Origin: Anaeromyxobacteraceae bacterium | GTDB taxonomy: Bacteria > Myxococcota > Myxococcia > Myxococcales > Anaeromyxobacteraceae | Assembly: GCA_032654565.1 (NCBI GenBank) | Contig: JAULAX010000017.1 | Location: 96,001 to 160,000, forward strand | Direction: 5' to 3' | DNA length: 64,000 nt | In this document: piece after piece, positions 60,107 through 64,000 of the stretch | How positions within the stretch are numbered: the stretch's first letter is position 1 | Layout: every line of letters begins with the position of its first letter | Program-made: the position numbers and the translations under genes | The notes under the pieces: generated by a model | What the model saw: the letters and a program-made list of their open reading frames with translations, nothing else | What the model was told of the DNA's origin: nothing | Databases searched by the model: none

Positions 60107-60289
60107 GTGGGGCCGCCGCTCGGGGCAGCGTGGCGAGGCAGCGTGGCGGAGTCGGCCCGCAGAGGACCTGCCGGATCCTGTCGGCCGCCGCGGTCACCGG
60201 GCGCCTTGACAGGCCGGGAAGCTCCGTGATCGGATGCCGCACCCCCACGGGTGCGTCGATGCGCCCAATCAACGGAAAGTGACGCGCCC

Positions 60290-60895
60290 ATGACCGGCCA
60301 ACGAACCACCATCGCCGCGCTCTGCTCCGCCTTCGTCCTCGCCGCCGTCGGCCTCTCGCAGGTCACCGGCTGCGGCGGAGGGAGTGACGCCGCCGCCGGT
60401 TGCGCTGCGCCGAACGTGACCTGCGGCACCGCCTGCGTCAACGTGGCGACCGACCCCGCCAACTGCGGCGCCTGCGCCTCCACCTGCCGCCCCGGGGCCA
60501 GCTGCAGCGCCGGAATGTGCGTCTGCCCCTCCGGCCAGGTCGCCTGCTCCACCGCCTGCGCCAACCTGGCCGCCGACATGAACAACTGCGGCACCTGCGG
60601 CCACGGCTGCCGCGTCGGCCTGACCTGCACCTCGGGGGTCTGCACCTGCCCCTCCGGCGGTCTCGACTGCGCCGGCACCTGCGTCGACGCCACCTCGGAC
60701 CTCAACAACTGCGGCTCCTGCGGGACCGTCTGCCTGCCCGGGGCCAGCTGCAGCGCCGGAATGTGCGCCTGCCCCTCCGGCCAGGTGGCCTGCTCCACCG
60801 GCTGCGCCAACCTGGCCGCCGACGTGAACCACTGCGGCTCCTGCGGGACCGTCTGCCCCGCCGGCCAGACCTGCAGCAGCGGCGCCTGCGGCTGA
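60290..60895 (+). CDS. Cys-rich repeat secreted protein or lipoprotein (myxobacterial type)
   Basis: Signal peptide ending VTGC, then four ~41-aa repeats 'C.N...D..NCG.CG..C.....C..G.C'. Confidence 0.8.
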   Translation: MTGQRTTIAALCSAFVLAAVGLSQVTGCGGGSDAAAGCAAPNVTCGTACVNVATDPANCGACASTCRPGASCSAGMCVCPSGQVACSTACANLAADMNNCGTCGHGCRVGLTCTSGVCTCPSGGLDCAGTCVDATSDLNNCGSCGTVCLPGASCSAGMCACPSGQVACSTGCANLAADVNHCGSCGTVCPAGQTCSSGACG

Positions 60896-60977
60896 CCGGC
60901 CGGGCCGGGCGCTGGGGACGGCCACGGCCTGGGGGAGCGGTCGGGCGATCACCGGGCGTCGGGCCCGGCGCCGCGCC

Positions 60978-61607
60978 TCAGAGCAGCGTGGCGTAGGCGA
61001 CCAGCAGCCGGCCGGCCGAGACGCGGCCGCCGCCGACCACCAGCACGTCGTTGAGGATCTCGCCGTCGTCGCCGCGGGCCTTCCACGGCTGGCCCCCGTT
61101 GACGCGCATGCGGGCCACGCCGCGCCCGGTGCGGTGGAGCAGCGTCACCGTGCCGCCGTCGCCGACCCGCTCCACCAGCCCGACGTGCTCGGCCTGGCCG
61201 CCGGGGGTGTCGGAGAGGAAGACCAGGTCGCCGGGGGCGGGGCGGGTGCGGCGCAGCGAGCCCTCGGCGCGGGCGAAGGCGTGCAGCGCCTTGACGTCGG
61301 TGGCGCCGGCCGGCAGCTTCCGCCCGGCCTGCTGGTAGGCGGCGCGGACCAGGGCGGTGCAGCTGTCGCCGTAGCGGACCCCCCCCACCACGATCTCCTT
61401 GTGGCCGGCCATGGCGCGGGCCGTGTCCAGCGCCCGCCGGGCGGCGGACGGGTCGTTGGCGTGGGCGGCCGGCTCGGCGGCGGGGCGGGGCGGGGCGGGG
61501 CGGCTCGGCGCGGCGTGGCTGGACGCGGCGGCCGGTCGCCTCGGCGCGCTGGCGCAGCCGGCGGCGAGCGCGGCGGCGAGCAGCAGGAGGGGGCGGGGCC
61601 AGGCCAT
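60978..61607 (-). CDS. NlpC/P60/CHAP-like lipoprotein
   Basis: Lipobox AAGC, 'DSCTALV', 'PAPGDLVF', 'HVGLV'. Confidence 0.75.
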   Translation of the reverse strand: MAWPRPLLLLAAALAAGCASAPRRPAAASSHAAPSRPAPPRPAAEPAAHANDPSAARRALDTARAMAGHKEIVVGGVRYGDSCTALVRAAYQQAGRKLPAGATDVKALHAFARAEGSLRRTRPAPGDLVFLSDTPGGQAEHVGLVERVGDGGTVTLLHRTGRGVARMRVNGGQPWKARGDDGEILNDVLVVGGGRVSAGRLLVAYATLL

Positions 61608-61724
61608 CGGCGCGATGCTACGTGGGGCGGGCGCCACGTCCATTTTCCTCACCCCCGGGAGGCCCCGCTCCCCGCCGCCGGCGCTTGCAGCCCCGCGCGC
61701 CAGCCGGTATGACCCGGCGCCACT

Positions 61725-63530
61725 ATGGTCCGTGAACGCGTCATCGAGCTGGTCCGCGCCGCGCTGGTCCGTGGCGCCGCCGAGGGGAAGTGGCCGGAGG
61801 GCGAGGTCGGCTTCGCCGTCGACGCGCCGCGCGACCCGAAGCACGGCGACTTCGCCCTCAACGCCGCCATGGTGCTGGCCAAGCGCGCCGGCAAGCCGCC
61901 CCGCGAGCTGGCCACCGCCATCATCGAGGCGCTGCGCGCCGTCGACACCGCCGGCGACCTCGCCTCGCTCGAGGTGGCCGGGCCGGGCTTCATCAACCTG
62001 CGGCTCAACGCCGACCTCTGGCTGCGGGCGCTGCAGGGGGCGGTGGCCGCCGGCGCCGACTACGGCCGGACCGCGGTGGGGCAGGGGAAGAGCGTCATCG
62101 TCGAGTACGTCTCGGCCAACCCCACCGGCCCCATGCACGTGGGCCACGGCCGCAACGCCGTCACCGGCGACGGCGTGCAGAGCCTGCTGCGCTGGGCCGG
62201 CTACCACGTCACCCGCGAGTACTACCTCAACGACTACGGGGGGCAGGTCCAGACCCTGGCCCGATCGGTCCACCTGCGCTACCAGGAGGCGCTCGGCCGC
62301 ACCGTGGAGTTCCCGGCCAAGGGCTACCCGGGCGAGTACGTGAAGGAGATCGCGGCGGCGCTGGCGGCCGAGTTCGCCGGGAAGTACCTCGACCCCCCGG
62401 AGGCCGAGTGGCTCGACCTCTTCCGCGACCGGGCCGTGGCGCACGTGCTCGGCATGATCCGCGGCGACCTCGCCACCCTGCAGATCGAGTTCGACCGCTG
62501 GTCGTCGGAGAAGGCGCTCTACCAGTCGGGGACGGTGGAGCGGTTCATCAAGGACCTGGAGGCCCGCGACCTGGTCTACGTCGGCCAGCTGCCGCCGCCC
62601 AAGTCGAAGAAGGGGGCGCCGCCCCCGCCGCCCCCGCCGGCCGGGCCGGACGAGGAGGGGATGACCGCCACCGACCAGCTCACCCTCTTCCGCTCCTCCA
62701 GCTACGGCGACGAGGTGGACCGCCCGGTGAAGAAGGCCGACGGCACCCCCACCTACTTCTGCGCCGACATCGCCTACCACTGGGAGAAGCGGCAGCGCGC
62801 CGACCTGCTCATCGACGTGCTCGGCGCCGACCACGGCGGCTACGTGCCCCGGCTCAAGGCGGCCATGGAGGCGCTGGGCCACTCGCGCGACGACCTGCAC
62901 GTGGTGCTGATCCAGATGGTCAACCTGACCCGCGGCGGCGAGGCCGTGAAGATGGGCAAGCGCTCCGGCAACGTGGTCTGGCTGCGCGAGGTGGTCGAGG
63001 AGGTGGGCTGCGACGCCACCCGCTACCTCTTCCTCACCCGCCGCTCCGACGCCCCGCTCGACTTCGACCTGGAGCTGGCCAAGAAGCAGACGCTCGACAA
63101 CCCGGTCTTCTACGTCCAGTACGGCCACGCCCGGCTCCACGCCATCTTCCGCAAGGCGGCCGAGACCGGCGTGCCCCTGCCGACCTTCGACCTCGCCGAC
63201 GCCCGCACCCTCACCTCGCCGGAGGAGACCGACCTGCTCCGGCGCATCGCCGCCTTCCCCGACCTGCTGGCCGGAGCCGCCCAGGCCTTCGAGCCGCACC
63301 GGGTGGTCTTCTACCTGCAGGAGATCATCGCCGCCTTCCACTCCTGGTACTCGCAGGGGCGGCGCACCGGCGAGCGGGTGCTGGGGAGCGATCCGGCCCG
63401 CACCCGGGCCCGGCTCTTCCTCTGCCTGGGGCTGGCCCAGGTGCTGGCCAACGGCCTCTCGGTGCTGGGGGTCTCGGCGCCGCAGCGGATGGAGCTGCCG
63501 GAAACTGGCGATATCGCCGACGACGCCTAG
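61725..63530 (+). CDS. argS: Arginine--tRNA ligase
   Basis: 'VEYVSANPTGPMHVGHGR', 'KMGKR', 'YVQYGHAR'. Confidence 0.97.
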   Translation: MVRERVIELVRAALVRGAAEGKWPEGEVGFAVDAPRDPKHGDFALNAAMVLAKRAGKPPRELATAIIEALRAVDTAGDLASLEVAGPGFINLRLNADLWLRALQGAVAAGADYGRTAVGQGKSVIVEYVSANPTGPMHVGHGRNAVTGDGVQSLLRWAGYHVTREYYLNDYGGQVQTLARSVHLRYQEALGRTVEFPAKGYPGEYVKEIAAALAAEFAGKYLDPPEAEWLDLFRDRAVAHVLGMIRGDLATLQIEFDRWSSEKALYQSGTVERFIKDLEARDLVYVGQLPPPKSKKGAPPPPPPPAGPDEEGMTATDQLTLFRSSSYGDEVDRPVKKADGTPTYFCADIAYHWEKRQRADLLIDVLGADHGGYVPRLKAAMEALGHSRDDLHVVLIQMVNLTRGGEAVKMGKRSGNVVWLREVVEEVGCDATRYLFLTRRSDAPLDFDLELAKKQTLDNPVFYVQYGHARLHAIFRKAAETGVPLPTFDLADARTLTSPEETDLLRRIAAFPDLLAGAAQAFEPHRVVFYLQEIIAAFHSWYSQGRRTGERVLGSDPARTRARLFLCLGLAQVLANGLSVLGVSAPQRMELPETGDIADDA

Positions 63531-63589
63531 ACTCGCCGCCAGCGCTGGAGACGTGGGCGAGCGGCCCGCGGCCGGCAGGCGGGTGGGTC

Positions 63590-64000
63590 ATGGACGGGGA
63601 GAACGGCAAGTTCAAGGAGCGGGTCGAGCTCTCGCTCGACGGGCGGCAGATCGCCTCGGTGGTGGTCGGGGCGCTGGTGCTGATGGGCGTGGTCTTCGTG
63701 CTCGGCCTCAACCTGGGCCGGCAGCTGACCGCCAAGCAGCTCGAGGCCACCCGCGGCGACGCCCTGGCGGCCCTCGACCGTCCGCCCCCGGCGCCGGCCG
63801 GCCCCATCTCCGACGACGCCCTCACCTTCCACGACCGGCTCACCAAGGACCGCCCGCCGCCGATCGAGGATCCGGCGCCGCGCCCCGCGCCGGTGGCCGC
63901 CGCGGCGCCGACCGGCGCGACCCCCGCCGCGCCGGTCGCAGGCAAGCCGTCCGCCGCAGCCCCGGCCGCCTCGCCGGCCACCGCCGGCGCCTTCACCGTG
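63590..64000 (+). CDS. SPOR/FtsN-like protein (3' end outside window)
   Basis: Single TM helix, 'LTFHDRL', Pro/Ala linker ending 'GAFTV'. Usual position downstream of argS. Confidence 0.65.
   Translation, partial: MDGENGKFKERVELSLDGRQIASVVVGALVLMGVVFVLGLNLGRQLTAKQLEATRGDALAALDRPPPAPAGPISDDALTFHDRLTKDRPPPIEDPAPRPAPVAAAAPTGATPAAPVAGKPSAAAPAASPATAGAFTV

Noticed and set aside
62590..62660. Poly-Pro stretch in ArgS as a novel domain
   Set aside because: It falls in the variable 'LPPPK' loop and looks like simple low-complexity expansion.

Overview
Very GC-rich chromosomal window whose gene content and protein motifs point to an Anaeromyxobacter-like member of the Myxococcota. This is an inference, not a database result. 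Most of it is housekeeping or regulatory: a globin-coupled histidine kinase O2-sensing module with an Fnr-like and a sigma54 regulator, a metX-homoserine dehydrogenase fusion, map and an M1 peptidase, kbl-tdh, speA, tRNA-Sec, an M16 peptidase pair, mlaEFD, tRNA-Met, modABC, split methylmalonyl-CoA mutase, moaA, a lipA/2-oxoacid dehydrogenase/lipB operon, aspartate kinase and argS. The best candidate for an undescribed system is a minus-strand RiPP-like locus at 49617-55185. It encodes a lasso-type B2 peptidase fused to an RRE, a second stand-alone PqqD/RRE, an HPr-kinase-like kinase, a nucleotidyltransferase, two lipoproteins and a 64-aa precursor. The precursor has a canonical lasso leader (Y-17/P-14/L-12/T-2), but its core has Cys rather than Asp/Glu at the ring-acceptor positions, and no lasso cyclase is encoded in the window. 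Mobile or repeat DNA includes two MITE-like elements, a 53-bp hairpin repeat array with a compensatory base change, a RAYT-type tyrosine transposase and a truncated HNH-family gene. Start codons were chosen by eye from RBS, overlaps and homology expectations, and product calls rest on recognised motifs.
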